Shown: positions 8,983 through 20,248 of the stretch, piece by piece | How positions within the stretch are numbered: position 1 is the stretch's first letter | Layout of the letters: each line of letters starts with the position of its first letter | DNA from: Bradyrhizobium sp. | Lineage (GTDB): Bacteria > Pseudomonadota > Alphaproteobacteria > Rhizobiales > Xanthobacteraceae | NCBI GenBank assembly: GCA_036406295.1 | Contig: DASWVJ010000054.1 | Location: 8,259 to 72,258, forward strand | Direction of reading: 5' to 3' | DNA: 64,000 nt | The notes under the pieces: generated by a model | The model's database searches: none | What the model was told of the DNA's origin: nothing | The model's input: the letters and a program-made list of their open reading frames with translations, nothing else | Position numbers and translations under genes: made by a program

Positions 8983-9960
8983 TCATTCCGCTTCCGCGCC
9001 GGAGTTCTTCACGATCACGGCCCAGCGGTCGACCTCGGCCTTGACGTAGGCCGCAAAACCATCCGGCGTCGATGGCGGCAATGGCTCCAGCGAAAGCGCC
9101 GTCAGCCTTTCCCGCGTCGCGGGATCGGCCATCAGCGCGTTGATCTGGCCGGCAAGTTGATCGACGACCGCGCGCGGCGTGCCTGCCGGCGCGACCACGC
9201 CCTGCCAGGCAACGAGCTCGTAACCCTTGAGCCCGCTTTCCGCGATGGTGGGGATGTCGGGCGCGATGGCGACGCGCTTTGGCGTCGTGACTCCGAGCAC
9301 CTTCACCTTTCCCTCCTTGATTTGCTGCAGCGCCGGCTGCAGATCGACCACCATGAAGGGAATATGGCCGGAGATCACGTCGAGCATCGCCGGAACGCTG
9401 CCCCGGTAGGGCACGTGGCGGACATCGATACCCGCCGCCGTCTTCAGCATCTCGGCGCCGAGATGCTGCGGGCTGCCATTTCCGGCAGAGCCATAGGCCA
9501 GTCCCGGCTTCGATTTGGCGTAGGCGATGAATTCCGCCAGCGTCCGGGCGGGGATCGCCGGATTGACGATCAGCGCAAAGGGCACGCCGGCGACGAGCGC
9601 GATCGGGGCAAAATCCTTCACGGGATCGTAGGGCAGCTTCTTGTACAGCGTCTTGTTGATCGCGAGCGTGGTCGAGGTCGCCATCAAGAGCGTGTAACCG
9701 TCGGCGTCCGATTTCGCGACCTGGTCGGCCCCGAGCGTGGTGCCGGCACCCGGCTTGTTCTCGACCACGACGGTTGCGCCAAGGCCGCTCTTGAGCTGGT
9801 CGGCGACCAGGCGCCCGAGCAGGTCGGTGGTGCCGCCTGCGGGATAGGGCACGATCATCTTGATGGTGCGGCTGGGATAGGCCTGCGCGCATGCCGGAAA
9901 CGCGCTCGCCAGCAGAAGTCCGCCGCCCCCTACGATCACCTCTCGCCGCGTGAACGACAT
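8983..9960 (-). CDS. Bug/TctC tripartite tricarboxylate transporter substrate-binding protein
   Basis: YPSRTIKMIVPYPAGGTTD, ENKPGAGT, YGSAGNGS, VPYRGS; Tat-like start MSFTRREV. Confidence 0.92.
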   Translation of the reverse strand: MSFTRREVIVGGGGLLLASAFPACAQAYPSRTIKMIVPYPAGGTTDLLGRLVADQLKSGLGATVVVENKPGAGTTLGADQVAKSDADGYTLLMATSTTLAINKTLYKKLPYDPVKDFAPIALVAGVPFALIVNPAIPARTLAEFIAYAKSKPGLAYGSAGNGSPQHLGAEMLKTAAGIDVRHVPYRGSVPAMLDVISGHIPFMVVDLQPALQQIKEGKVKVLGVTTPKRVAIAPDIPTIAESGLKGYELVAWQGVVAPAGTPRAVVDQLAGQINALMADPATRERLTALSLEPLPPSTPDGFAAYVKAEVDRWAVIVKNSGAEAE

Positions 9961-10196
9961 GGCCTTCCCCCGGATGCTTTTTGTTGTTCGGTTGCGAACC
10001 ACCATAGCCGACGCAGCGATATAGCAAAGGGGCCAGAGCGTGATTGCAGCCATTCATCCGCATCTTGTGGAGAAGAACGGCATTCTCCGCGCCGCAGCCC
10101 GGCAAAGAAACATCCCTGCAGCGGCGATGCAGGAGCTATCATGCGCCGCGGGCGGCCGAAATTCCGCCCGACGGTCCCGATTGAAGGCAACCCACG

Positions 10197-11018
10197 ATGC
10201 TAGACACCCCCAAAGCCACCCGAAAATCCCACGCCGACGGCAAGATTTTGCAAAGCGTCGACGATGGCGTTGGCATCATCACCTTCAACAATCCGGAAAA
10301 GCGCAATGCGATGTCGCTGGAGATGTGGGAGGGGCTCGGCAATGCGCTGACCGAGCTGCGCGACGATCCCGCGGTGCGCGTGGTGGTGCTGGCCGGCGCC
10401 GGCGATAAGGCCTTCGTTTCCGGCGCCGACATCAGCCAGTTCGAGAAGACCCGGCATAATGCCGAGGCGGCGGCGGAATATTCGAAGCGCAGCGAAGCGC
10501 AACGCGCACTGCTGGCAAACTACTCCAAGCCGACGATCGCCTGCATCCGCGGCTTCTGCCTCGGCGGCGGCATGCAGGTCGCGATGCTCACCGACATCCG
10601 CCTTGCCTCTGACAACAGCCAGTTCGGCATTCCTGCGGCGAAGCTCGGCATCGCCTATGGCTATGACGGTCTTCGCCATCTGGTGTCGCTGGTCGGACCA
10701 TCCTGGGCGCGGCTGATCATGTATACAGGCATGCGCATCGACTCGGCCGAAGCGCTGCGCATCGGTTTCGTCAATCGCGTGCTGCCGGACGGCGAGCTCT
10801 GGAACGCGACCATGGAGGTCGCCCGGACCATCGCCGGCAATGCGCCGCTCGCCATCGCCGCTGCCAAGATCACCATCCGGGAGGTGCTGAAGGACCCCGA
10901 CAAGCGCGACATGGAAGCGATCAAGGCGATCGGCAATGCCTGCATGGACAGCGAGGATTTCAAAGAAGGCCGCACCGCCTTCATGGAGAAGCGCAAGCCG
11001 CGATTCAAGGGGAAGTAA
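10197..11018 (+). CDS. Enoyl-CoA hydratase/isomerase (crotonase) family protein
   Basis: PEKRNAM, AFVSGADI, GFCLGGG, EGRTAFMEKRKPRFKG. Confidence 0.93.
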   Translation: MLDTPKATRKSHADGKILQSVDDGVGIITFNNPEKRNAMSLEMWEGLGNALTELRDDPAVRVVVLAGAGDKAFVSGADISQFEKTRHNAEAAAEYSKRSEAQRALLANYSKPTIACIRGFCLGGGMQVAMLTDIRLASDNSQFGIPAAKLGIAYGYDGLRHLVSLVGPSWARLIMYTGMRIDSAEALRIGFVNRVLPDGELWNATMEVARTIAGNAPLAIAAAKITIREVLKDPDKRDMEAIKAIGNACMDSEDFKEGRTAFMEKRKPRFKGK

Positions 11019-12098
11019 TCAGAGAGCCGCCAGCACCGCCTTCGTCACATCGGCCGTGCCGTTGCTGCCGCCGAATTCCGTCGGCTTGATGCCGTCGGCA
11101 TAAGCCTTGTCCACCGCGCGCTCGATGCGCTCGCCGGCCTCCGCTGCACCTTCCACGCCGTGCTTGTCGGCGAGCCAGTCCAGCATCATCGCGGTCGAGA
11201 GGATCATTGCCGTCGGATTGGCCTTGCCCTGCCCCATGATATCGGGCGCCGTGCCATGGCAGGGCTGGAACATGGCGTGGCGGTCGCCGATGTCGGCCGA
11301 GGGCGCCATGCCGAGTCCGCCGATCAGGCTGGCGGTGAGATCGGAAAGGATGTCGCCGAACATGTTCTCCGTCACCAATACGTCGAAATCCCAGGGGCGC
11401 TTCACCAGGAAAGCGGAGCAGGCATCGACATAGACATGATCGGCCTTGACGGTGGGATGGCGTTTGGCAGCCTCGTCAAATATCTCGCGGAAGAACGCGA
11501 AGGCGCGGAACACGTTCGCCTTGTCGACGCAGGCAAGAGCACCGGGCCGGCCGCGCGCCTTGCGGCGCTCGGCGAGGCGGAACGAGAACTCGAACAGGCG
11601 CTGCGAGGTATGGCGCGTGATCACCATCGTCTCCCGCGCCTCGCTCTCGGTGACCACGCCCTTGCCCATCGAGGCGAACAGGCCCTCGGTGGATTCCCTG
11701 ATGACCACGAGATCGATGCCGCGGCTGTCTGCGCCGACGATCGGACTCGGCACACCCGGAATGAGCCGCGCCGGACGCACGCCGGCATAGAGGTCGAAAT
11801 GAAAGCGCAGCTCGATCTGCGGCGCGATCTCGGTGTTATCGGGGTAGCGCACCGAGGGCAGCCCGCACGCTCCCAGTAAAATCGCATCCGCCTCCTCGCA
11901 CAGGCGGATGGTGGAGTCCGGCATCGACTTGCCGGTTTCGCGGTAATGGTTGGCGCCGGCCGGCGCTTCGGTGAAGCGGAACGCGAGGTCCGACTTCGCC
12001 TCGACCCTGCGCAGGACTTCCAGCGCCGGCGCCATTACCTCCGGGCCGATGCCATCGCCGCCGAGCACGGCGATATGGAACGCGTTGTTGGCGGACAT
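11019..12098 (-). CDS. Isocitrate/isopropylmalate/tartrate dehydrogenase family protein (atypical)
   Basis: GGDGIGPEV, DLYAGVRP, VDKANV, NMFGDILSDL, HGTAPDIMGQGKANPTA. Confidence 0.9.
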   Translation of the reverse strand: MSANNAFHIAVLGGDGIGPEVMAPALEVLRRVEAKSDLAFRFTEAPAGANHYRETGKSMPDSTIRLCEEADAILLGACGLPSVRYPDNTEIAPQIELRFHFDLYAGVRPARLIPGVPSPIVGADSRGIDLVVIRESTEGLFASMGKGVVTESEARETMVITRHTSQRLFEFSFRLAERRKARGRPGALACVDKANVFRAFAFFREIFDEAAKRHPTVKADHVYVDACSAFLVKRPWDFDVLVTENMFGDILSDLTASLIGGLGMAPSADIGDRHAMFQPCHGTAPDIMGQGKANPTAMILSTAMMLDWLADKHGVEGAAEAGERIERAVDKAYADGIKPTEFGGSNGTADVTKAVLAAL

Positions 12099-12126
12099 GG
12101 GTGACCTTCGGAAGAGGATTGAGCAT

Positions 12127-12250
12127 GTCATTCCGGGGCGATGCGAAGCATCGAACTATGGAGCGCAATTGCGCTCCTGAGAATCTCGAGATTCGCCGAT
12201 GCGCAATTGCGCATCTGTGCTCTGGTCCTTTGGACCATCCCGGAATGACG
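12127..12250. repeat. CGTC-type REP/palindromic repeat (long variant)
   Basis: Terminal IR gtcattccggg...cccggaatgac enclosing hairpins gagcgcaattgcgctc, gaatctcgagattc and gatgcgcaattgcgcatc; second family member at 35924-35998. Confidence 0.85.
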
Positions 12251-12258
12251 GCGGAGAC

Positions 12259-13329
12259 TTATGGCGTCAGCACGGCGCGGCCGACCAGCTTGCCCTTCTG
12301 CAAATCGAGCAGCGCATCATTGGCCTTTGCGAGCGGCAGCCTGGTCACGGGGATCGGCGGCACCTTCTTGGCTCGCACGAGATCAAGCAATTCCTGCGTC
12401 TCACGCAGATTGCCGACATAGCTGCCCTGGATGGTGACCGCCTTGATCGGAATCAGCGGCAGAGCAAACGTGGCGCCGCCGCCGAACAGACCGACAATGA
12501 TGAGCTTGCCGCCCTTGGACAGGCAATCGAAGCCGAGCTGCGAGGTCTGGGCGCTGCCGACGAGGTCGATCACGGCACGGATCGGCCCGCCGGCCTTCTT
12601 CTGCAATTGCTCCAATGCATCCGGTGCCTTGCCGTCGACGGTGGCGAGCGCGCCGGCGGCTTCCGCGGCCTCGCGCTTGCGCGCATCGATGTCGACGACA
12701 ATGGCACCCTTGCCGCCCATTGCCTTGAGCAGCGACAGCAGCATCAAGCCGAGGCCGCCGGCGCCGAACACCACAATCGGCGTGTTCAAATCCTTCTCGA
12801 TTTTCTTCAGCGCGCTATAGGTGGTCACGCCAGAACAGGCGTAGGGCGCAGCGGTGACGGGATCGAGGCCCTTCAGGTTGATCAGATACTTCGCATTTGG
12901 CACCGTCATGTGGTCGGCATAGCCGCCGTCACAATAGACGCCGAGCGCATTCGGCTTGATGGCGCACATGTTCTCGTCGCCGCCGACGCAGGTAGGACAC
13001 TTGCCGCAGCCGAGCCAGGGATAGACCAGCGCGATATCGCCGATCTTGAGATCACCCTTGTCGGCGGCCGTAACGTCGGGCCCGAATGCAACGATTTCGC
13101 CTACGGTCTCGTGGCCCATGGTCCGCGGCAGCGAGACGCCGCGGTCTTTCAGCGACAGCGGCTTGCGGCCATGGCCGAGATCGTAACCGCCTTCCCAGAT
13201 GTGCAGGTCGCTGTGGCAGACGCCGGCGGCTTTTACCTTGATCAGCACCTGCGTGCCGGTCGGCTGCGGCGTCGGCTGATCCACTTCCTTGAGCGGGGCG
13301 TTGAAATCGGCAACCTGGAAGCTCTTCAT
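12259..13329 (-). CDS. Zinc-dependent alcohol dehydrogenase (MDR family)
   Basis: GVCHSDLH, GHETVG, structural Zn CGKCPTC...C, FGAGGLG. Confidence 0.94.
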   Translation of the reverse strand: MKSFQVADFNAPLKEVDQPTPQPTGTQVLIKVKAAGVCHSDLHIWEGGYDLGHGRKPLSLKDRGVSLPRTMGHETVGEIVAFGPDVTAADKGDLKIGDIALVYPWLGCGKCPTCVGGDENMCAIKPNALGVYCDGGYADHMTVPNAKYLINLKGLDPVTAAPYACSGVTTYSALKKIEKDLNTPIVVFGAGGLGLMLLSLLKAMGGKGAIVVDIDARKREAAEAAGALATVDGKAPDALEQLQKKAGGPIRAVIDLVGSAQTSQLGFDCLSKGGKLIIVGLFGGGATFALPLIPIKAVTIQGSYVGNLRETQELLDLVRAKKVPPIPVTRLPLAKANDALLDLQKGKLVGRAVLTP

Positions 13330-13416
13330 CGCGTCTCTCCCGAAGATGGTTTCTTGTTGGGCGGACCTTGCCACGTCCGAGCCGTCACGACAAATGCGGA
13401 GCCGCGCAACTGGCAT

Positions 13417-14384
13417 TCAGATCAGCGGATGATGGCAGGCCACGTATTGGCCCGGCGCGACCGTCCGCAATTCCGGCACTTCGCCGGCGCATTTCGCATC
13501 GGCACGGGGGCAACGGGTACGGAAGCGGCAGCCCGAGGGCGGCGCGATCGGCGATGGCGGCTCGCCTACCGCCACGCTTTCGGCCGGGCGCATGTCGGGA
13601 TCGGGCACCGGAATGGCCTCGATCAGCAGCGCGGTATAGGGATGCGCCGGCTTTGCAAACAGCTGCTCGGAGGGCCCGACTTCGCAGAGGCGGCCAAGAT
13701 ACATCACCGCAACACGGTCGCTGACCGCCTTCACGACGGCGAGGTCATGGGCGATGAACAGCAGTGTCAGCCCATAGCGTGACTTCATCTCCTCCAGGAG
13801 ATTGAGGATTTGCGCTCGGATGGAGACGTCGAGCGCGGAGACCGGCTCGTCGCAAATGATGAAATCCGGATTGAGCACCAGCGCGCGGGCTATGCAGATG
13901 CGCTGGCACTGCCCGCCGGAGAATTCGTGCGGCAGGCGCCCCATCACCAATGCCGGATCGAGACCGACGGCTGACAGCACGTCGGAAACCATCTGCTTGC
14001 GCCTCTCGGGATCCTTGATGCCGGCGATCACCAGGGGCTCGGCGACGATGTCGCCAATCCGCCGCCGCGGATTGAGCGAGGCGATCGGGTCCTGGAAAAT
14101 CAGCTGCACGCGCTGGCGCATCTTGCGCAGGGCGTCGCCGCGCATGGCGGTGAGATCGTTGCCGTCGAACAGCACCTTGCCGGATTGCGCGCGGCGCAGC
14201 TGCAGCACGGCGCGGCCCAGCGTGGACTTGCCGCAGCCGGACTCGCCGACAAGGCCGAGCGTTTCGCCGTGCGCGATGTCGAGACTGACGTCGGAAACGG
14301 CATGAACGATCTTGCCGCCCACGACATATTCGACGACGAGATTTTCGACCTTGAGCAGCGAATCGGTAGGCGAAGACTGCAGCA

Positions 14385-14388
<4 letters not shown>
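13417..14388 (-). CDS. Oligopeptide/dipeptide-type ABC transporter ATP-binding protein (DppF/AppF-like)
   Basis: [40 protein letters not shown]; ATGA overlap with the upstream gene. Confidence 0.93.
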
Positions 14389-15376
<988 letters not shown>

Positions 15377-15380
<4 letters not shown>

Positions 15381-16249
15381 AGCGCGCCCTGCCTCGGGTC
15401 GGTCAGCGCACGCAGGGTGTCGCCAACGAGATTGAAGGACAGCACGGTGAGGAACATCGCGATCGCCGGCAGGAAGGCGAGCCGCGGCGCGATGTCGAGG
15501 CTCTCACGTCCCTCCCCGATCATGCTGCCCCAGCTCGAGATCGGCGGCGGCACGCCGAGGCCAAGGAAGGACAGCGAGCCCTCCACGACGATGATGACGG
15601 CGACGCCGAGCAGGAAGAAGGCAAACAGCGGCAAGATCACATTCGGCAGCAGTTCACGGAGCAGAATCCGCGCATGCGAGGCGCCGAGCGCTTGCGCCGC
15701 AATGACGAATTCGCGCCGCGACAGCGTCAGCGTTGCGGCGCGGGCCACGCGCATGAAGGCGGGACTGCCGAGCACCCCGAGGAGGAGGGTGAGATTGAGG
15801 ATCGATTGCCCGACATAGGCGATCACGGCCAGCACGAGAATCAGCGGCGGAAAGGCCAGCAGGACATCCATCGCGCCGACGACAAAAGACCCGAGCCGGC
15901 CGCCGAAATAACCTGAGAGCATGCCGAGCGCGCCGCCGACGGTCAGCCCGATCATCGGCGCGCAGAGGCCGACGACCAGCGAGACGCGCGCGCCGTAGAT
16001 CAGGCGCGAGAGTTCGTCGCGGCCGAGCCCGTCGGTGCCGAGCCAGTGCGCCGCCGAAAACGGCGCGCGCCGCTCCAGCATGTCCATGGTGGTAGGGTCC
16101 GGAATCGGCAGGACCGTCGCAAAGATCGCCAGCGCAAAGACCAAGAGTATCCAGCCGATCGCGGCCCAGAACAGCATGCCGAGCCGCCTGCCCTTGCGCG
16201 CCGGCGCGGAGACTGCCTCCTCGGCAAGGTCGAGCTCAAGCGTGGCCAT
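15377..16249 (-). CDS. ABC transporter permease (DppC-like)
   Basis: HWLGTDGLGRD, EFVIAAQALGAS, LSFLGLG..SWG. Confidence 0.92.
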
Positions 16250-17186
16250 GACGGATCCTGGGATCGAGAACCGCGTAGAGCATGTCGACGATGAAGTTGA
16301 TGATGACGAAGCCCGCCGCGACCAGCAGCACCACCCCCTGCAGGATGATGAGGTCGCGGGTGAGGATCGCGCCGACCAGCAGGCGGCCGATGCCGGGAAG
16401 CGCAAAGATCGTTTCGACGATCAGCGCACCGCCGATCAGGCGGCCTATATTGATTCCGGTGATCGTCACCAGCGTCAGCGATGAAGGTTTCAGCGCATGC
16501 ACGAACAGGATGCGCGCCGGCGTAAGTCCCTTGGCCTTGGCAAGCAGGATGTAGTCTTCCTGCAGTGTCGCGATCATGTCGGACCGCAGAATGCGCATGA
16601 TGCCCGGCCATTCCGCGAGCGCCAGCGTCATCGCCGGCAACACGAAGAAGCGGAGGTTGCCGAGCGGGTCTTCCGCGAACGGCACGTGGCCGGTCGCCGG
16701 CAGCCAGCGCAGCTCGACCGCGAACAGATAGATCAGCAGGATCGCGGAGAGAAAGGTCGGCACCGACAGCATGGCGAAGGCGGTGCCGGTCATGAAGCGG
16801 TCGAACGGGCCGCCGCTGCGCGCGGCGCAGGCGATCGCCAGCGGCACGCCGAGCGCTAGCGCCCCCAGCTGGGCCAGGAGCATCAGCTCGATCGATACCG
16901 GCAGCCGCTCCGCCACCGCCTGCAGCACTGTCTGGCCGGTACGGAAGGAGCGGCCAAAATCGCCCTGCAGCACGTGACCGAGCCAGATGAAATAACGCTG
17001 CCAGATCGGCTGGTCCAACCCCATGTCACGGCGGAGCGCTGCGAGATTCTCCGGCGTCGCCTGGTCGCCGAGGATCGTGAATGCAAGATCGCCGGGTAGC
17101 AGCGACGCGACGGAGAACGTCAGCAGCGAGACCGCAATCAGCACCGGCACCAGATAGAGAAGCCGGCGCGCAACGAAGAACGCCAT
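16236..17186 (-). CDS. ABC transporter permease (DppB-like)
   Basis: GLDQPIWQRY, GDFGRS, YILLAKAKGL, VETIFALPGIG. Confidence 0.93.
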   Translation of the reverse strand: MAFFVARRLLYLVPVLIAVSLLTFSVASLLPGDLAFTILGDQATPENLAALRRDMGLDQPIWQRYFIWLGHVLQGDFGRSFRTGQTVLQAVAERLPVSIELMLLAQLGALALGVPLAIACAARSGGPFDRFMTGTAFAMLSVPTFLSAILLIYLFAVELRWLPATGHVPFAEDPLGNLRFFVLPAMTLALAEWPGIMRILRSDMIATLQEDYILLAKAKGLTPARILFVHALKPSSLTLVTITGINIGRLIGGALIVETIFALPGIGRLLVGAILTRDLIILQGVVLLVAAGFVIINFIVDMLYAVLDPRIRHGHA

Positions 17187-17192
17187 GAGCGG

Positions 17193-18734
17193 CTATTCCT
17201 TCCAGGTGCGCGAAACGTCGATCACCCCGCTATACATCTTGGGCAGGCCTTTCACCTTCGCCGTCGAGATCGCGTAGTAGGTGTTCTGGAAGGTCCAGAA
17301 CCAGATCGCCTCCTTGTTGATCAGCCGGGTGATCTGGCAATAGAGATCGATACGCTTGTCGGTATCGGCCGTGGTGCGGGCCTGCTCGAGCAACTTGTCC
17401 AGTTCCGGATTCGAATAATTGGCTAGCGCGGCCGGGCTGCCGGTGTGGAAATTGGCATACATCTGAACGTCGGGATCGGCGAGATCCACGATGCGCCAAG
17501 GCGTCATCTGGAACTGGCGCGTGAACGCGCGCGGCGGAATGGTGGCCTGATCGACCTGCTCGATCTCCATGTTGGCGCCAATATTCTTCCAGAACTGCTG
17601 CAGCACCTGCCCGCTGGCGCGGCCGCGCGGTGTCGCGGTGACCAGTGTCTTGAACTCGACCGGCTTGCCGTATTCCTTGATCAGCACTTTCGCCTTCTCG
17701 ACGTCGAATGGCAGCGCGCCGTCATCCTTGCACTTGACCCAGGAGCCGTCGCCATAGGGGTTGCTGGCCGGACGAGACAGGCCATTGCTGAGTGCCTGCG
17801 ACCATTTCTTGCGGTCCAGCGCCATGACAAGCGCCTGGCGTACGCGCACGTCGTCGAACGGCGCGACCTTGGTATTCATGGCGTAGACCGTGGCGCCGGA
17901 TCCTACATAGGTGTGCACGGTCAGCTTGGAGTCCTTTTGCGCCTTCTGGATGTTGTCGGCGTCGACCTCGTCATCCCAAATCAGGTCAACCTCGCCCGAC
18001 TGGAGGCTGGCAAAACGCGACTGCGCGTCTGGCAGCGGCTTCAGCACGATGCGGTCGAGATAGATCTTGTCCTTGTCCCAATAGTCCGGGTTCTTCTCCA
18101 GGACCATGCGATCGCCGGCGGTCCAGGACTTCAGGACATAGGGACCGGTGCCGACGGGATTGCGGTTGTAGTCGTCGCCCTTGGCCTTCCATGCCGTCGG
18201 GGAGTGAACTGCGCTGTTCTGGCTCGCATATGTTACCAGTGAGGGAAAGTTCACCTGCGGGTCGTTGAGGTTAAAGATCAACGTCAGCTCGTCCGGAGCC
18301 TGCACGTTGTTGATGTAGGATATATAGAAGGCGCAGCGGCACTTGTTCGCCGGATCCTTCTGCCGGTCGAAATTTGCCTTGTAAGCTGCGGCATTGAATG
18401 GCGTGCCATCGTGGAATTTCACGCCGGGACGAAGCTTGAAGGTCCAGGTTTTGAAGTCTTCCGAAGGCTCCCACGATAGAGCCAGCTCCGGCTGAGGCTT
18501 TCCGTTGGCATCGAGGTAAGTGAGCGTATCGAAGATAGCGGATGATGCGGTCAGCGCGGCAGTGTCGTAGACGCCGACCTTGAGCGGATCGAAGCCGGGG
18601 ATGTCGAGCTCGAGGCCGACCGTGATGGTGCCGCCTGCCTTTTGCGCACTGGCGGGACTGGCTGACAGTGCCATGCCAAATGCCGCCACAACGAAAAATG
18701 GCGCGAAGGCGCTCGAGCGGGCTGCCGCAATCAT
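17193..18734 (-). CDS. ABC transporter substrate-binding protein, family 5
   Basis: Signal peptide; PELALSWE, TFKLRPGVKFHDGTPFNA, PVGTGPY, FDDVRVRQAL. Confidence 0.93.
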   Translation of the reverse strand: MIAAARSSAFAPFFVVAAFGMALSASPASAQKAGGTITVGLELDIPGFDPLKVGVYDTAALTASSAIFDTLTYLDANGKPQPELALSWEPSEDFKTWTFKLRPGVKFHDGTPFNAAAYKANFDRQKDPANKCRCAFYISYINNVQAPDELTLIFNLNDPQVNFPSLVTYASQNSAVHSPTAWKAKGDDYNRNPVGTGPYVLKSWTAGDRMVLEKNPDYWDKDKIYLDRIVLKPLPDAQSRFASLQSGEVDLIWDDEVDADNIQKAQKDSKLTVHTYVGSGATVYAMNTKVAPFDDVRVRQALVMALDRKKWSQALSNGLSRPASNPYGDGSWVKCKDDGALPFDVEKAKVLIKEYGKPVEFKTLVTATPRGRASGQVLQQFWKNIGANMEIEQVDQATIPPRAFTRQFQMTPWRIVDLADPDVQMYANFHTGSPAALANYSNPELDKLLEQARTTADTDKRIDLYCQITRLINKEAIWFWTFQNTYYAISTAKVKGLPKMYSGVIDVSRTWKE

Positions 18735-18865
18735 GGTTTCCTCCCCTCTAGTCTGGCGCCTGTCCGATAATTTCGGATCGTAAACGACGCCTTGTCAGAT
18801 TGGCGAAAATCGCACGCGGCTGCAAGCCCGCAACCCGACAGGCGGGATGAAACGCCGCAGCCGAG

Positions 18866-20071
18866 TCAGCGCCGTGCGGCAGCCGCCGGCTTCTCGGCAA
18901 ATGCCGAAATATCGTCGTCGGAAAGCCCGGTCTCTTTCAGATAGGCGCGCGTGTGCTCACCGAGCGTCGCCATCTTCTTCGCCGCCGATACCTTGGCGCC
19001 CGACATGCGGAACGGCTGGTTGAGCACCCTGAAAGTTCCGCCGCCATCCTCGACCTCCGCCAGCGCGCCACGATGGGCCAGCTGGGGATCAGCGAGCGCC
19101 TGCTTCACGGTGCGATAGGCCGACGACGGCACGCCCTCCGCATTCAGCGCGGCAAGGCATTGCGCCGTGCTTACCGACCGAGACCAGGCCTCGACGCCCT
19201 CCATCAGATTTGCCCAGTTCTCGCGGCGGTCGGCATATCTGGCAAAGCGCGGGTCGCTCACCCACTGCGGGTGCCCGATCACCTGCATCAGGCTCTGGAA
19301 TGTCTTCTCGCTGGCGATGGCGACCATCACATAGCCGTCGCTTGTCTCGATTGGCCCGAACATCGGCCGCTGCGGCGGCTTGACCTCGAATTGCGACCAC
19401 TGCAACTCGTTCAGCGTCAGGCTCAACATGGATTCCAGCATCGACACGTCGATGTGCTGGCCCTTCCCGGTTGTATGGCGCTGATACAGCGCTGCGCCGA
19501 TGGCGCCGAAGGCATAGACGCCGGTCAGCACGTCGGCGTGATAGATGCCGCAATAGTCCGGCCGGCTGCGCCCCGGCTGATAGGCGAGATGCGCCATCTC
19601 ATAGCCGGATGCAGCATGGATCACCGGCGCATAGGCCGGCAATTCCGCCGACGGTCCGGCCTGGCCGTAGCCGGAGATCGAGCAATAGACCAGCTTCGGG
19701 TTGAGCGTGCGCACCGAGTCATAGTCGAGCTTCAGCCGCTTCATCACGCCGGGACGGAAATTCTCCACCAGCACATCGGCGCTTGCGATGAGCCGGCGGA
19801 CGGCTTCGACCCCCGCGGGCGATTTGAGGTCGAGCACCACGCTGTTCTTGCCGATGTTGAGCTGGCCGAAGGCAGTGCTGCAATGGTTGCGCACCGGCGG
19901 GCGGGTGCGCATCGTCTCGCCCTCGGCGGTCTCGATCTTGATCACCTCGGCGCCGGTGTCGGCCAGCATTCGCGTGCAGTGAGGCCCGGCGATCGTGGTC
20001 GAAAAATCGAGCACGCGCAGACCGGCAAAGCTTCCTGTCAAATGGCCCTCACCTTTTTCGGCTATTGTCAT
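18866..20071 (-). CDS. CaiB/BaiF family III CoA-transferase
   Basis: GLRVLDFS..IAGP, GAEVIKIE, DVLVENFRPG, CSISGYGQ, GQHIDVSM. Confidence 0.93.
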   Translation of the reverse strand: MTIAEKGEGHLTGSFAGLRVLDFSTTIAGPHCTRMLADTGAEVIKIETAEGETMRTRPPVRNHCSTAFGQLNIGKNSVVLDLKSPAGVEAVRRLIASADVLVENFRPGVMKRLKLDYDSVRTLNPKLVYCSISGYGQAGPSAELPAYAPVIHAASGYEMAHLAYQPGRSRPDYCGIYHADVLTGVYAFGAIGAALYQRHTTGKGQHIDVSMLESMLSLTLNELQWSQFEVKPPQRPMFGPIETSDGYVMVAIASEKTFQSLMQVIGHPQWVSDPRFARYADRRENWANLMEGVEAWSRSVSTAQCLAALNAEGVPSSAYRTVKQALADPQLAHRGALAEVEDGGGTFRVLNQPFRMSGAKVSAAKKMATLGEHTRAYLKETGLSDDDISAFAEKPAAAARR

Positions 20072-20199
20072 CGTGCTCACGCTCCCTTCGCGCCACTCTG
20101 GAAGGGGCGCGCGGCGCGACCCTAGTTTGGGTCAGGCCGGCGGGAAAGCCTCCCGTCCGGAGCCGTCTCTTCATGGCGTGCATTTCGCGCGAGAAAAAC

Positions 20200-20215
20200 T
20201 GGACCCGATCTTGCA
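20200..20215 (+). promoter_or_regulatory. Possible sigma54 promoter upstream of glgA
   Basis: TGGACCCGATCTTGCA: GG-N10-GC spacing with a perfect TTGCA, about 35 bp before the glgA start; the -24 box is imperfect. Confidence 0.35.
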
Positions 20216-20248
20216 TAGCAGCATGGACGCTTGGCTAACGAGGGTGCC

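Noticed and set aside
7399-10203. 934-aa plus-strand ORF (and similar long ORFs at 21405-23501, 45279-46940 and 54537-56645)
   Set aside because: Antisense to well-supported genes with clear family motifs.
11019-12098. Naming this gene leuB, or the DHDPS-like gene at 40487 dapA
   Set aside because: Diagnostic residues differ and the context is catabolic, not amino-acid biosynthesis.
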